From Octopus bimaculoides (Eukaryota), in NCBI RefSeq assembly GCF_001194135.2, contig NC_068990.1:74208943-74244551 (forward strand): a stretch of DNA of 35,609 nucleotides. Reading direction: 5' to 3'. Position numbers and translations under genes: made by a program. The notes beneath the pieces were generated by a model. That model saw only the letters and a list, made by a program, of their open reading frames with translations. It made no database searches and was not told the DNA's origin. This document shows, in pieces, positions 21,621-33,182 of this stretch (positions are counted from its first letter, which is position 1; each line of letters opens with the position of its first letter).

Positions 21621-21749
21621 TGTAATTCTAAGACAGAATCAGTGTCTGTCTTGTTCAGAAATTACATGAACAATCCACTCGATGTGCTTCTACACAGTTT
21701 CCATCTTCCCACTTTCATTCATTAGCTGTGTTATACCGTTTCGTGGCAT

Positions 21750-22119
<370 letters not shown>

Positions 22120-22125
<6 letters not shown>

Positions 22126-22316
22126 TAGGCACAAGGCCCGAAATTTTGCGGGAGGGGGCCAGTCGATTAAATTGATCACAGTTACTTAATTTGTTGAGCC
22201 CGAAAGGATGAAAGGCAAAGTTGACCTCGGCGGAATTTGAACTCAGAATGTAAAGATAGACAAAATACCACTAAGCATTTCACCTGGCATGCTAACGTTT
22301 CAGCCAGCTCTCCACC
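22120..22316 (-). mobile_element. SINE family A, abutting or fused to the family B copy
   Basis: CTACTCTAGGCACAAGGCCCGAAATTTT...GGATGAAAGGCAAAGTTGACCTCGGCGGAATTTGAACTCAG. Confidence 0.9.
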
Positions 22317-22834
22317 TGAATAATGCAACAAATATTGATGATCATATTTGAACCACAGAACTCTCAGCCAACGGATACACTGTAAACTTCTCAATCTCCA
22401 ACTAAATACGTTTACAGAACTATTCTCTACCTACAAATATATTCCTGCTTATACAAATCTTTCAATGGAGAACCAATTATTTGGGATCTATATCATATCA
22501 CAATCTGCGATAGTATTAACAAGTGGATAAAAAAAAAGCAAAACCAAACAAACAAAAATATGCCCAAGGAAAAAATATAAAATAAACATGACTGTTTTCT
22601 TCCTCAATTTGATGTAAAAATTAGTATTTTACATTGAGAGGTTTGTTAAAAGCACTCTGTCAATATTTAAAATCATTAATAATGATCAATAGTCTTCAGC
22701 CATTTTGCTATAAAAATAAACTCAATTGTAGTGTTGGGGTTATTTATGAAGGAGGACACAATATTGAAATTCCTGCCAAGAGATACTATTCCAGATCAAT
22801 ATATTATATACTGTTATTGACGGCTAATTTATTT

Positions 22835-22837
22835 CTG

Positions 22838-22876
<39 letters not shown>

Positions 22877-23069
22877 GTTCACCAATTTATGTATGTATGA
22901 ATGTATGTATTTGTCTGTCTATCTGTCTATGATTCTCTCTATCAATTTATCAATCTATCTATCTATCTATTTATCTATATATTCATATATTCATATATCT
23001 ATTTGTCTGCCTGTCTTTTCGTCTTTCTGTCTGTTTATGCGTGTTTGTCTGTCTGACTCTGTCAATCTG

Positions 23070-23120
<51 letters not shown>

Positions 23121-23138
23121 GCGTGTCTGTCTATGTAT

Positions 23139-23175
<37 letters not shown>

Positions 23176-23789
23176 GTCTGCCTGTATATTTATCTGTGTA
23201 TCTATCAATTTAGCAATCTCTCTCTCTATTTATCTATCTATCTGTCTGCCTACCAATTTATCTTTCTATCTATCCATCTATCGACCAATCGATTGGTCTG
23301 TCTGTCTGTCTGTCTCTGTCTATATACTAATAGTTCATTTGTGTGTCTACTTCCATTCATCCATTTGGCTCACTACATACAGTAAGTTAACTCCACTTGA
23401 GTCTGTTTTCGTCTGTCTGTTTATCTGTCTATCTATCCATTTATATCTAGTAATACATACACACACACACACATGCACACACACACACACATGCATAATT
23501 GTCTGGTCATTTTTTTATATAACCTATTTATATATCTATTTGGCCATGTATCAGTTTATTTCTATTTGTCTATTTCTTTGTCTATTTTTATGACTGTCTA
23601 GGTTTCTGTCTGTCTGTCTGCCTGTCTATCTATCTCTCCCTCTGTTGGTCTACCTGTCTGTCTGTCTGTCTGAGTGTTTGCATCTGTTTGGTGTCTGTGT
23701 GTGTCTATCTATCTCTCTATCTATCTGTCTGTCTGTCTGTCTGTGTGTCTGTGTGTCTGCCTGTCTATCTATCTATTTATTTATCTATC

Positions 23790-23833
<44 letters not shown>

Positions 23834-23919
23834 CGTCTGTCCAACCATCTGTCTGTCTGTCTGTCTATCTATCTATTTATCTATCTATATGTCCGTCTGT
23901 CCGACCATCTGTTTGTTAT

Positions 23920-24005
<86 letters not shown>

Positions 24006-24060
24006 CACATGACTGCCTACCTACATACTCACTTACCAACATACCTACCTCCTCCGATCA
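22835..24060. repeat. Compound (TCTA)n/(TCTG)n (GATA/GACA) array, ~1.2 kb
   Basis: Directly visible; source of the LSIY-repeat ORFs. Confidence 0.95.
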
Positions 24061-24407
24061 ATGCCCCAATGCTATATTCACGTAACCCATGCTGACATGG
24101 AAAAATGGATGTAAAAATGAAGCAAATGAATAAACTACCAAATCCACACTATCAATATGATCACAAAAGGAATATGAGTTGGAAATAATTTTATTTATAT
24201 ATACTTGTCTGCTGTAAATCAAAATGTGAGGCCTTTATTGTAAACAAAATGAATATGTCTTGGATTTCAAGCCAAAACTCTTTAGGGTTTGATTCAATAC
24301 ATCAAAGTGCTTCAGAATTTTGGATATAAAATTTCAAATTTAAGTCACAGAATGTGAGATTTGTCTGTAAATATTTCCAAATACATTGACACACAAACAT
24401 TGGTATC

Positions 24408-24464
24408 TATGTGTGTGCATTTATGTGTGTGTGTGTGTGTCTCTGTGTGTGGTGTGTGTATATA

Positions 24465-24536
<72 letters not shown>

Positions 24537-24604
24537 CATGTATGTATGTATGTATGTATACCCCTTTACATACATGTGTATACACACACGTATGCACACA
24601 CAGA

Positions 24605-24641
<37 letters not shown>

Positions 24642-24645
24642 ACAC
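24408..24645. repeat. Compound (GT)n/(TA)n/(CA)n microsatellite
   Basis: Directly visible. Confidence 0.97.
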
Positions 24646-25560
24646 AGAGAGGCTGTGATGGGTAAATTCTCGCCATTTTATATTTTAATCTTGCACATGT
24701 GCATTGTTTGTTTTTGATTTTGTCAACTACACAGTATAGTAGGGTCAGCTGGGCACTGTCCGTTAGAAAAACAGCACCATGATGCAACTCACTCCGCCAG
24801 AAATTTAGAAATGATATGCTGTACTGCTTGGCCTTCATGCTGGAAGCTCCAATATGAATATTTCAGAGTGTTTGGGTGTCAATCTGAGGACAGTGCAGAG
24901 GATTCAGAAAGAGTTGGATGAGTCTAATGGTGATTATGAAGGTATGGCAGCTCGGAAAACTTACTGATTGTTCTGATAAGAAAAGAACTCCTGAATTTGT
25001 TGCTGAGATCCAGGCCATGATTGAAAACGATCCCTCCAATTCAAACAGGTTATTGCCTGGGATATGGGAGTGTCTGAGTTTCTTATCAAGCAGGTGGCGC
25101 ATGAAGACATTTGGTATTCTTCATACAAGATGAGAAAGAGCCAATTTTTATTCCAAGCCATCAAGGACAAGAGAAAAAATCATGCTACGAAGCTTTTGAA
25201 CAAACTGAAGCATCCCCTCTAACTGAACATGCTTTGTTTTTTTTTTAGGTAAGAAAAATTTCTGCCAGGATCAGATGGTGAACACACAGAAAAACTGCTG
25301 GTTTGCTGTGTCCCCAAAACATGTACCGAGAGTGATAAAAATCAAACATCGAGTCAGCATCAAGGTGTTTGGAGTGATCATTAATGATGGTGACATTATG
25401 CTTCCAGTCATCTTCCCACATGGCCTCAAACTCAACACGGAGGTCTACATCAAGTGCTGAGAAGAGGTAGTCTGGGTCAAGAGGGTAGCTGCTGGAAGAC
25501 CCTATGTCTGGCAACAGGACTCTGCTTCATGCCACAAAAGCAGGAGAGCCCAGCCATGAC
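24645..25560 (+). mobile_element. Tc1/mariner element, 3'-truncated transposase pseudogene (maT/DD37D-like by motif)
   Basis: ATG at 24779; broken frames give MMQLTPPE..., DKKRTPEFVAEIQAMIENDPS, KVFGVIINDGDIM and RPYVWQQDSA.CH (second catalytic D). The third D and the right TIR are absent, so DD37D spacing cannot be verified. Confidence 0.85.
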
Positions 25561-25595
25561 TGGGTTCTCTTGCTTTTGTGGCATGTATCTCTCTC

Positions 25596-26209
25596 TAGAG
25601 TTTGAAACCTTGGTATGGCTGTAAAATACAAGGTAAAAGTTTTTATTTTTCATTCCCTTCGAAATTGCTCTTAAATGTTGTTTTGGACTTTTGACTGCTC
25701 CTTCTAGCATGTAAGGCTGCCTGTAAGGGTCGCAACTTTTGTGTTTAAATGCACACAAATTCTATATGGAAAATATGTTATCTATTGACTTTATATACAT
25801 GCTAGGCCACTGGAAGTGAAATTTCTAAAAATTTTGCTATCCTATATGAATTTATGAATATGATTTTAGTAATTTCGGAAGTTAATTTGGCATTTTTCAT
25901 TTGCTGCCAATTGAAACCGTGCTTGTGCGGTGAATTTGAAAGAGACATGTGTTATTCTATCTCTAAATTATATGTTAGTGTTTTGGCATAGCCACTGATG
26001 AGAACTTCACCTAGCAAATTATTTTATTTGCTAATTAGAGTTCGAAACCTAGGTATGGCTGTAATTAACAAGGTAAAAGTTTTTATTTTTCACTCCCTTC
26101 GAAATTGCTCTTAAATGTGGTTTTGGCCGTTTTGACTGCTCCTTCTAGCATGTAAGGCTGCCTGTTAAGGGTCGCCTCTTTTTGTGTTTAAATGTACACT
26201 AATTTTATA
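25596..26209. repeat. ~440-bp tandem unit (1.4 copies visible, runs into a gap)
   Basis: 25596-25766 aligns closely with 26036-26209 (TAGAGTT(T/C)GAAACCT...CCCTTCGAAATTGCTCTTAAATG...GTAAGGCTGCCTG). Confidence 0.85.
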
Positions 26210-26612
26210 NNNNNNNNNNNNNNNNNNNNNNNNNNNNNNNNNNNNNNNNNNNNNNNNNNNNNNNNNNNNNNNNNNNNNNNNNNNNNNNNNNNNNNNNNNN
26301 NNNNNNNNNNNNNNNNNNNNNNNNNNNNNNNNNNNNNNNNNNNNNNNNNNNNNNNNNNNNNNNNNNNNNNNNNNNNNNNNNNNNNNNNNNNNNNNNNNNN
26401 NNNNNNNNNNNNNNNNNNNNNNNNNNNNNNNNNNNNNNNNNNNNNNNNNNNNNNNNNNNNNNNNNNNNNNNNNNNNNNNNNNNNNNNNNNNNNNNNNNNN
26501 NNNNNNNNNNNNNNNNNNNNNNNNNATATATATATATATATATATATATAAAGCACAATTTATTTGTGATCAGAGTTGTTCGAAAACCGAGGTACTACTG
26601 TATATAAATTCT

Positions 26613-26818
26613 TTTCTACTCTAGGCACAAGGCCCGAAATTTTGGGAGAGGGGGACGGTCGATTAGACTGACCCCAGTGCACAGCTGATACTTAATTTAT
26701 TGATCCTGAAAGGATGAACGGTAAAGTCAACCTTGGCAGAATTTGAACTCAGAACGTGAAGACATAAAATAGCACTAAGCATTTTGCCCAGTGTGCTAAT
26801 GTTTCTGCTACCTCGCCG
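26613..26818 (-). mobile_element. SINE family A, full length
   Basis: CTACTCTAGGCACAAGGCCCGAAAT...GAATTTGAACTCAGAACG...CTACCTCGCC. Confidence 0.88.
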
Positions 26819-26959
26819 CATTGATGTATATATATATATTGACAAACTGTATATATACTTACAGATGCATGCAGATATTTAGACATATAAAAATGTTTAT
26901 ATATACATGTGTGATGATATATATAATAGATTACGTATGTATGTATATATCTGTCTATT

Positions 26960-27070
26960 AATCTATCTGTCCTGTCCTATCCATCCATCCATCCATCCAT
27001 CTATCTGTCTTTCTGTGTACCTGTCCATCCATCCGTCTGTCCATCCGTCCGTCCGTCCGTCCGTCCATCC

Positions 27071-27112
<42 letters not shown>

Positions 27113-27285
27113 GAACTTAGGCTTATCTACCTGTCAGTCTACCTCCCCACCTACCTGCCTGCCTGCCTGCCTGTCTGTCTAGGTATCCATTCATCCATTC
27201 ATCCATTCATCTATCCATCTATCTCTCTGTCTGACCGTCCGTCTGTTTGTATGTCTGTCTGTCTGTCTATTTATCTATCTATCTG

Positions 27286-27352
<67 letters not shown>
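26960..27352. repeat. Compound (TCCA)/(TCTG)/(TCTA)n array
   Basis: Directly visible. Confidence 0.95.
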
Positions 27353-27668
27353 CTGTACACTGACAGATGCATATTTATATATATACATCACAAACTGGAA
27401 ACATATTATTTGGGAATAGAGATTGGACCCACAAGTGGACCAATCCAAGTAAAGGACAGAAAAAAAAAGTCAAAAGACTAATAAAAGAGCGTAGGGTAGG
27501 GTAAGGTTTGATGTTTTACTCTAAGAATGGTATTCACCTTTAGAAACAGCTTTTAAAGAACCAGGCTAATGCTTTTGACTCTTATTTATTTATAAGAATT
27601 TAATGGGAACCTATTTGATTATTAGATTCATCAATGAGATTAGAACTTGGAAACCTTTTGTTATATAG

Positions 27669-27788
27669 GTCAAGTTCTCTGGAATTAGTTCAGATTATGT
27701 TCTATGAAGGGCAAAGCAAATTGTTCATTGTTTCAAAATTGTGTACACATGAAGAAAATCAAAGTCAATTTTTGGCAACGGAAAGAAG
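27669..27788 (+). CDS. Candidate symmetric exon, phase 2->2 (SSSLELVQIMFYEGQSKLFIVSKLCTHEENQSQFLATER)
   Basis: Acceptor CCTTTTGTTATATAG|G and donor AAG|GTATAA; 120 nt with only one open frame. Confidence 0.4.
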
Positions 27789-27847
27789 GTATAAAGAAGA
27801 TTAAAACAGCCACTGTATTTTCAATGTACTTATTAAAATAATGTGAC

Positions 27848-28010
27848 TTGGCAGGCAGAATCGTTAGAGCATTGGACAAAATACCTTGTGGTATTTAAGT
27901 TTCAGTCCTTTATAGTTCTTTACTTGAAATGCTGCCAGTGTCGAATTTGACTTTCGTCTTTCTGGGATCAATGAAATAAAGAACTAGTCAAATACTGGCG
28001 TCAGTTTAAT
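27848..28010 (+). mobile_element. SINE family A, degenerate
   Basis: GGCAGAATCGTTAGAGCATTGGACAAAATACC...GTCGAATTTGACTTTCGTC. Confidence 0.65.
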
Positions 28011-28263
28011 CAATTGATACTGGTAGCTATCACACTTCTTCAAGAATTTCATCATCATCATCATCATTGTCGTCATCATTCTCATCAACATCATCGTCAG
28101 CATCAGCATCATTTAAGCATGCTGGCATGTGATGGATGATTTGACTGGATTAGAAGCTCCTATCATTATACTGCGCACAATAAATGAAATTTATTTCTCA
28201 CTGGATGGAGCACTATTTTTTGTTGATCTTACCTTAGTGGAGCAGTAAACCATATATGTATAT

Positions 28264-28601
28264 ATCATCATCATCATCATCATCGTTTAACGTCTGCTTT
28301 CCATGCTAGCATGGGTTGGACGATTTGACTGAGGACTGGTGAAACCAGATGGCTACACCAGGCTCCAATCTGATTTGGCAGAGTTTCCACGGCTGGATGC
28401 CCTTCCTAATGCCAACCATTCAGAGAGTGTAGTGGGTGCTTTTACGTGTCACCCGCACGAAGGCCAGTCAGGCGGTACTGGCAACGCCCACGCTCAAAAT
28501 GGTGTATTTTATGTGCCACCTGCACAAGAGCCAGTCTAGGGGCACTGGCAACGATCTCGCTCAAAAATCCTACGAAAGCCAGTCAGGCGGTACTGGCAAC
28601 G
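28264..28601 (-). mobile_element. Family R copy with ~65-bp tandem subunits running into a gap
   Basis: Tail as at 15872, followed by three GCCAGTC...G(T/C)ACTGGCAACG units. Confidence 0.88.
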
Positions 28602-29523
28602 NNNNNNNNNNNNNNNNNNNNNNNNNNNNNNNNNNNNNNNNNNNNNNNNNNNNNNNNNNNNNNNNNNNNNNNNNNNNNNNNNNNNNNNNNNNNNNNNNNN
28701 NNNNNNNNNNNNNNNNNNNNNNNNNNNNNNNNNNNNNNNNNNNNNNNNNNNNNNNNNNNNNNNNNNNNNNNNNNNNNNNNNNNNNNNNNNNNNNNNNNNN
28801 NNNNNNNNNNNNNNNNNNNNNNNNNNNNNNNNNNNNNNNNNNNNNNNNNNNNNNNNNNNNNNNNNNNNNNNNNNNNNNNNNNNNNNNNNNNNNNNNNNNN
28901 NNNNNNNNNNNNNNNNNNNNNNNNNNNNNNNNNNNNNNNNNNNNNNNNNNNNNNNNNNNNNNNNNNNNNNNNNNNNNNNNNNNNNNNNNNNNNNNNNNNN
29001 NNNNNNNNNNNNNNNNNNNNNNNNNNNNNNNNNNNNNNNNNNNNNNNNNNNNNNNNNNNNNNNNNNNNNNNNNNNNNNNNNNNNNNNNNNNNNNNNNNNN
29101 NNNNNNNNNNNNNNNNNNNNNNNNNNNNNNNNNNNNNNNNNNNNNNNNNNNNNNNNNNNNNNNNNNNNNNNNNNNNNNNNNNNNNNNNNNNNNNNNNNNN
29201 NNNNNNNNNNNNNNNNNNNNNNNNNNNNNNNNNNNNNNNNNNNNNNNNNNNNNNNNNNNNNNNNNNNNNNNNNNNNNNNNNNNNNNNNNNNNNNNNNNNN
29301 NNNNNNNNNNNNNNNNNNNNNNNNNNNNNNNNTATATATATATATATATATATGTGTGTGGGTTGAACCCCCAACCCCTAACTCTCTCACGCTATATATA
29401 TATATATATATATACATATATTGAGTTCTACACCAGGTTATTAGTCTCACTATGCAGAAGTGAAATATTGATATGTGCGTATGTATATATATGTATATTC
29501 ATTTTGGTTGTTCTATATATATA

Positions 29524-29908
29524 AGCACAAGTGTAGCTGTGTGGTAAGAAGCTTACTTCCCAGTCACATGGTTCCAAGTTCAGTCCCACTACATGGCACC
29601 TTGGCAAGTGTTTTCTTCTATAATCTCAGGCTGACCAAAGCCTTGTGAGTGGATTTGGTAAAAGGAAACTGAGTAAAGCCTGTCGTGTATATATGCATGT
29701 GTGTGTGTGTAACAGTGCCATTACCTGATGCTGGTGTGTTTATGACCCCATAACTTAGTGGTTCAGCAACAGAGACTGATAGAATAAGTACAGGCCTACA
29801 AAGAATAAGTTCCAGCATCGATTTCTTTGATTAAAACCCTTTAAGGCAGTGCTCCAGCATGGCCACAGTTAAATGACAGAAACAAGAAAACGAATAAAAG
29901 AATAAAAG
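29524..29908 (+). mobile_element. SINE family B, full length
   Basis: GCACAAGTGTAGCTGTGTGGTAAGAAGC...GTTCAGTCCCAC...GGCACCTTGGCAAGTG...AAATGACAGAAACAAG, (AATAAAAG)n tail. Confidence 0.9.
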
Positions 29909-30207
29909 ACTAGATATGTATGTATGTATGTGTGTGTGTGGAGAGAGAGAGAGAGAGAGAGAGAGATAGTGACTTAATTTCCAGTATTTACAATGTTTAC
30001 CGGTAGTTCAGAACATGCAAAAAAAATGTTCAGACTGATGCAAAATAAAATCAAAACTTTCTCCCACAGTCGATCTACCAACTGGAAGCAATTATTAAAA
30101 GATATATTCTTAAGACAAAGTAAACCAATTTAAAATTCTGCCAATATACTAAATAAGCTCATTACAAACAAGTCTGTATTTACAGAATTTATCACATGTA
30201 TATGTGG

Positions 30208-30221
30208 TATTTGCATGTGTA

Positions 30222-30290
<69 letters not shown>

Positions 30291-30408
30291 ATGCGCCGCA
30301 TGTATATGTGTGCTCATGTGTGTTTGTCTGTCTATGCATATATTTTTTGTCACATGTAAATAAAGCATAAATAATCTCACAAAACTTACACACAAACAAT
30401 AACAATGA

Positions 30409-30442
<34 letters not shown>

Positions 30443-30445
30443 GCT
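30208..30445. repeat. (GT)n and (ACT)n microsatellites
   Basis: Directly visible. Confidence 0.95.
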
Positions 30446-30559
30446 GATAATGATAATAATCCTATTGTAATCTAGTGTTGAAGATGCATACATGCCTATA
30501 TATGTACATATATATGTCTAGACAATTATTAAAGGATATTCCTTTTACAACAAAAATGT

Positions 30560-30597
<38 letters not shown>

Positions 30598-31855
30598 GCA
30601 TGCACACAGACACACATACACGTGCATGCACACACACACACGTGTACACATGAACATTGATATATACACATGAATACACACGTGTACACACATGTTTATA
30701 TGCTGTTAAACTCTATTTAGCTTTTACACTCATTACATACTGAGGCACCCATGAACAAACTGTATCTGTTGCAACCAATGAATATCTACAGCAACTGATT
30801 TCGTCTCTAACCACATCTCTAATCATCACATAAACATATAGCCATGTTGTTCTATTATTTCTCATCTCCAAATGAATCTTTTCCAGACCCTCACCATCTC
30901 ACCCTCGTTGCACCCATCCATCCATTTACTCATCCACAGACATACTCTGCAATACTCAGTCACTTGGATTCTCCTGCTCATCAAATCAGTTGATTGGTTT
31001 GAAATCTGCTAATTTCTATATGAACAATCTCTGGCAGCATGCATGCTTTATGTGGGGACCATCTGAAACAAAGGACTGAAACTATTTTCTTATGCAAGTT
31101 CCTTCTATATCCTACATACAACAAGAGCACATACACCCAATATTCCAAGTAGTTTACTCATAGCTGCACTGCTATAGCTAAGACAAGAAACACTGCCAAA
31201 TTACCTATTCCTACAAAATAGATAGCTTTTATCTTGTCCCATAACTCATGCAATACCTTCATTTAAATCCTGAAAAATATTATTTTTTGTCATACAACAT
31301 GCAATCTCTTTTTTTGGTTACTTGGACAGTTTCTGGCAGGTTGGTATCAAAAGGGTTATAAAAAATCTTGCCCAGGCCTGAGCACACATGTGCAAATATA
31401 TGGCCAATCTTAACCAATGGATAGAATATTTCAAGAAAAATACAAGAGTTGTTATACTAACTTCATGTTCTAAATACTTTCTGTTCAGCATTAGTCAGCT
31501 AACTATGCTATGCAGCATAAAAATTATTCATCTTTCTTCAACTTTTATGATCATGATATTACTAAGTCATTTAAGAGTAGAGCATATTTAATGTTTCAAC
31601 TATTCAAAAATTGTCTAAGTAATTCTTGAAACTTTCTCTGAATTATGATAGTCAAAATTATTCATGAGTTCCAAGTAGCCCATAATTAAAAGAAAGATTG
31701 CTGAAAGGTTCTTTGAAAATATATCATCTAGAATATTCACTGTTAAAAATAGCTTATATCTTATTCCATATTTTCTTCTATCCATTTCCCCTATCCCATT
31801 TCTGCTGATCCGATATTTATGCTACGATTTCATAAATTTCATTCTCATATCATAC

Positions 31856-32071
31856 CAATATACTCCATCCCCAACATCATTTTTCTGAAGGTACAATAGC
31901 TGTTGTATTTCACTAGATTTTCCATAAAGCACCTGAAACAATTTTATGTTCTTGAAATGGAATCTCTTAAAATGTTCCTCATAAAGATATATTTTCATTT
32001 ACCAAATTGTTATTGAACATTAAGAAAATTAATAAGAAAATGCCATAACAATCCATCAAATAGAGATAAAA
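31856..32071 (-). CDS. Weak candidate two-exon antisense ORF (32003-32071 + 31856-31932): MDCYGIFLLIFLMFNNNL|VLYGKSSEIQQLLYLQKNDVGDGVY
   Basis: 70-nt GT-AG intron (31933-32002) joins the two segments in frame; next donor TG|GTATGA; hydrophobic, signal-peptide-like N-terminus. Confidence 0.2.
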
Positions 32072-32539
32072 CTGTTTCTTAGGGAAAAATAAAAGCCGAC
32101 AAAGATGTATGCGAAAATAAAGTGAAATATATGGGTTGCTGTTATAAATTATTTGGTAGATAAAAATAAATGCTAAATTTTCTTCTCTAAGCATGCTACA
32201 CTATTGAGATTGACACTTAATCTAGAATGGCTTAGACAATCAACTAAGACGACAAATAGAATGGAAATGTGATTTCTTGTTACACAATTGTTTCTGTAAA
32301 GATATATAAGTAAAAGAAGTAAAATATAAATTGGTGATCAAAAGACACAGGAAATCCATTCTTATCAAACAAATATGTGTTCCAGTTTCTAAACAATAAT
32401 TTTCAGAATACTGCATTAAATCAGTGATGAAAAATATTGATTTCTATCATAAGAACAAAGCTGAAAGAATTTTTTAGAGGTGGTAGAGATGGTTAACTGA
32501 TTAAATAAGCCCCAGTACTTAACTGGTATTGTGAAAGTA

Positions 32540-32680
32540 AATGACTTGATGGTTAATGAAGTTGGACTCATGATCATGAGAATGTGATTTCAATCCCTGG
32601 ACTGAGCATACGTTGTGTTTTTGAGCAAAATACTTCATTTCATGTTGCTCCAGTCACCCTCAGTTGTAAGTGAGTTTCTG
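32540..32680 (+). mobile_element. SINE family C-like head, degenerate
   Basis: TGATGGTTAATGAAGTTGGACTCATGATC...TTTCAATCCCTGGACTG...TTGAGCAAAATACTTCATTTCATGTTGCTCCAGTC. Confidence 0.5.
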
Positions 32681-32685
32681 TAGTA

Positions 32686-32903
32686 TGAGATGGTGCAGAA
32701 AATTCCTGGCTTTGGGTAAAGGAAAATGCAAGATGATCAGTTAATTATGATTTCATTCAATATATCCCCCTCTCAGATTCATATGCTTAGTGCAGCAGTT
32801 TTTCAGCTTTTCTAAGCCCTGTAAAAGAACTCAGAAGGTTGGGCCTCCAACCGGGCTTTTCCCGATACTCTTAAGGCCAGGAACTTTTCAACCCACCCAA
32901 CCC

Positions 32904-32904
<1 letters not shown>
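32686..32904 (-). mobile_element. mariner-derived MITE, copy 1
   Basis: TIR-like ends GATGGTGCAGAAAATTCCTGGC and GCCAGGAACTTTTCA; aligns with copy 2. Confidence 0.7.
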
Positions 32905-32934
<30 letters not shown>

Positions 32935-32972
32935 CACATATATGTATGTAAGTATATATATACACATACACT

Positions 32973-33182
32973 CGATGGTGCTGTCAAGTTCCTGGATCTA
33001 GGTAAAAGTAAATACGAAAGGATTAATTATGATTTTATTCAGCATATTCGCCTCTCAGATTCACACACTTAATGCAGAAGTCTTTCAGTTTTTCTAAGCC
33101 CCGTAAAAGAATTTGGAGGGGTTGGGCCTCAAACCAAGCCATTCCCAATACTCTTACAGCCAAGAACTTTTCAGCACCCCGT
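32973..33182 (-). mobile_element. mariner-derived MITE, copy 2, retaining the transposase C-terminus
   Basis: Ends GATGGTGCTGTCAAGTTCCTGG and GCCAAGAACTTTTCAGCACCCCGT; minus frame LRGLEKLKDFCIKCVNLRGEYAE* resembles the mariner C-terminus GI..L..RW.KCI...G.YVE*. Confidence 0.75.

Noticed and set aside
27367-27504. 45-aa ORF MHIYIYTSQTGNILFGNRDWTHKW...KKKVKRLIKERR
   Set aside because: It starts in microsatellite-derived sequence, has ambiguous donors and no recognised homology; within chance expectation.
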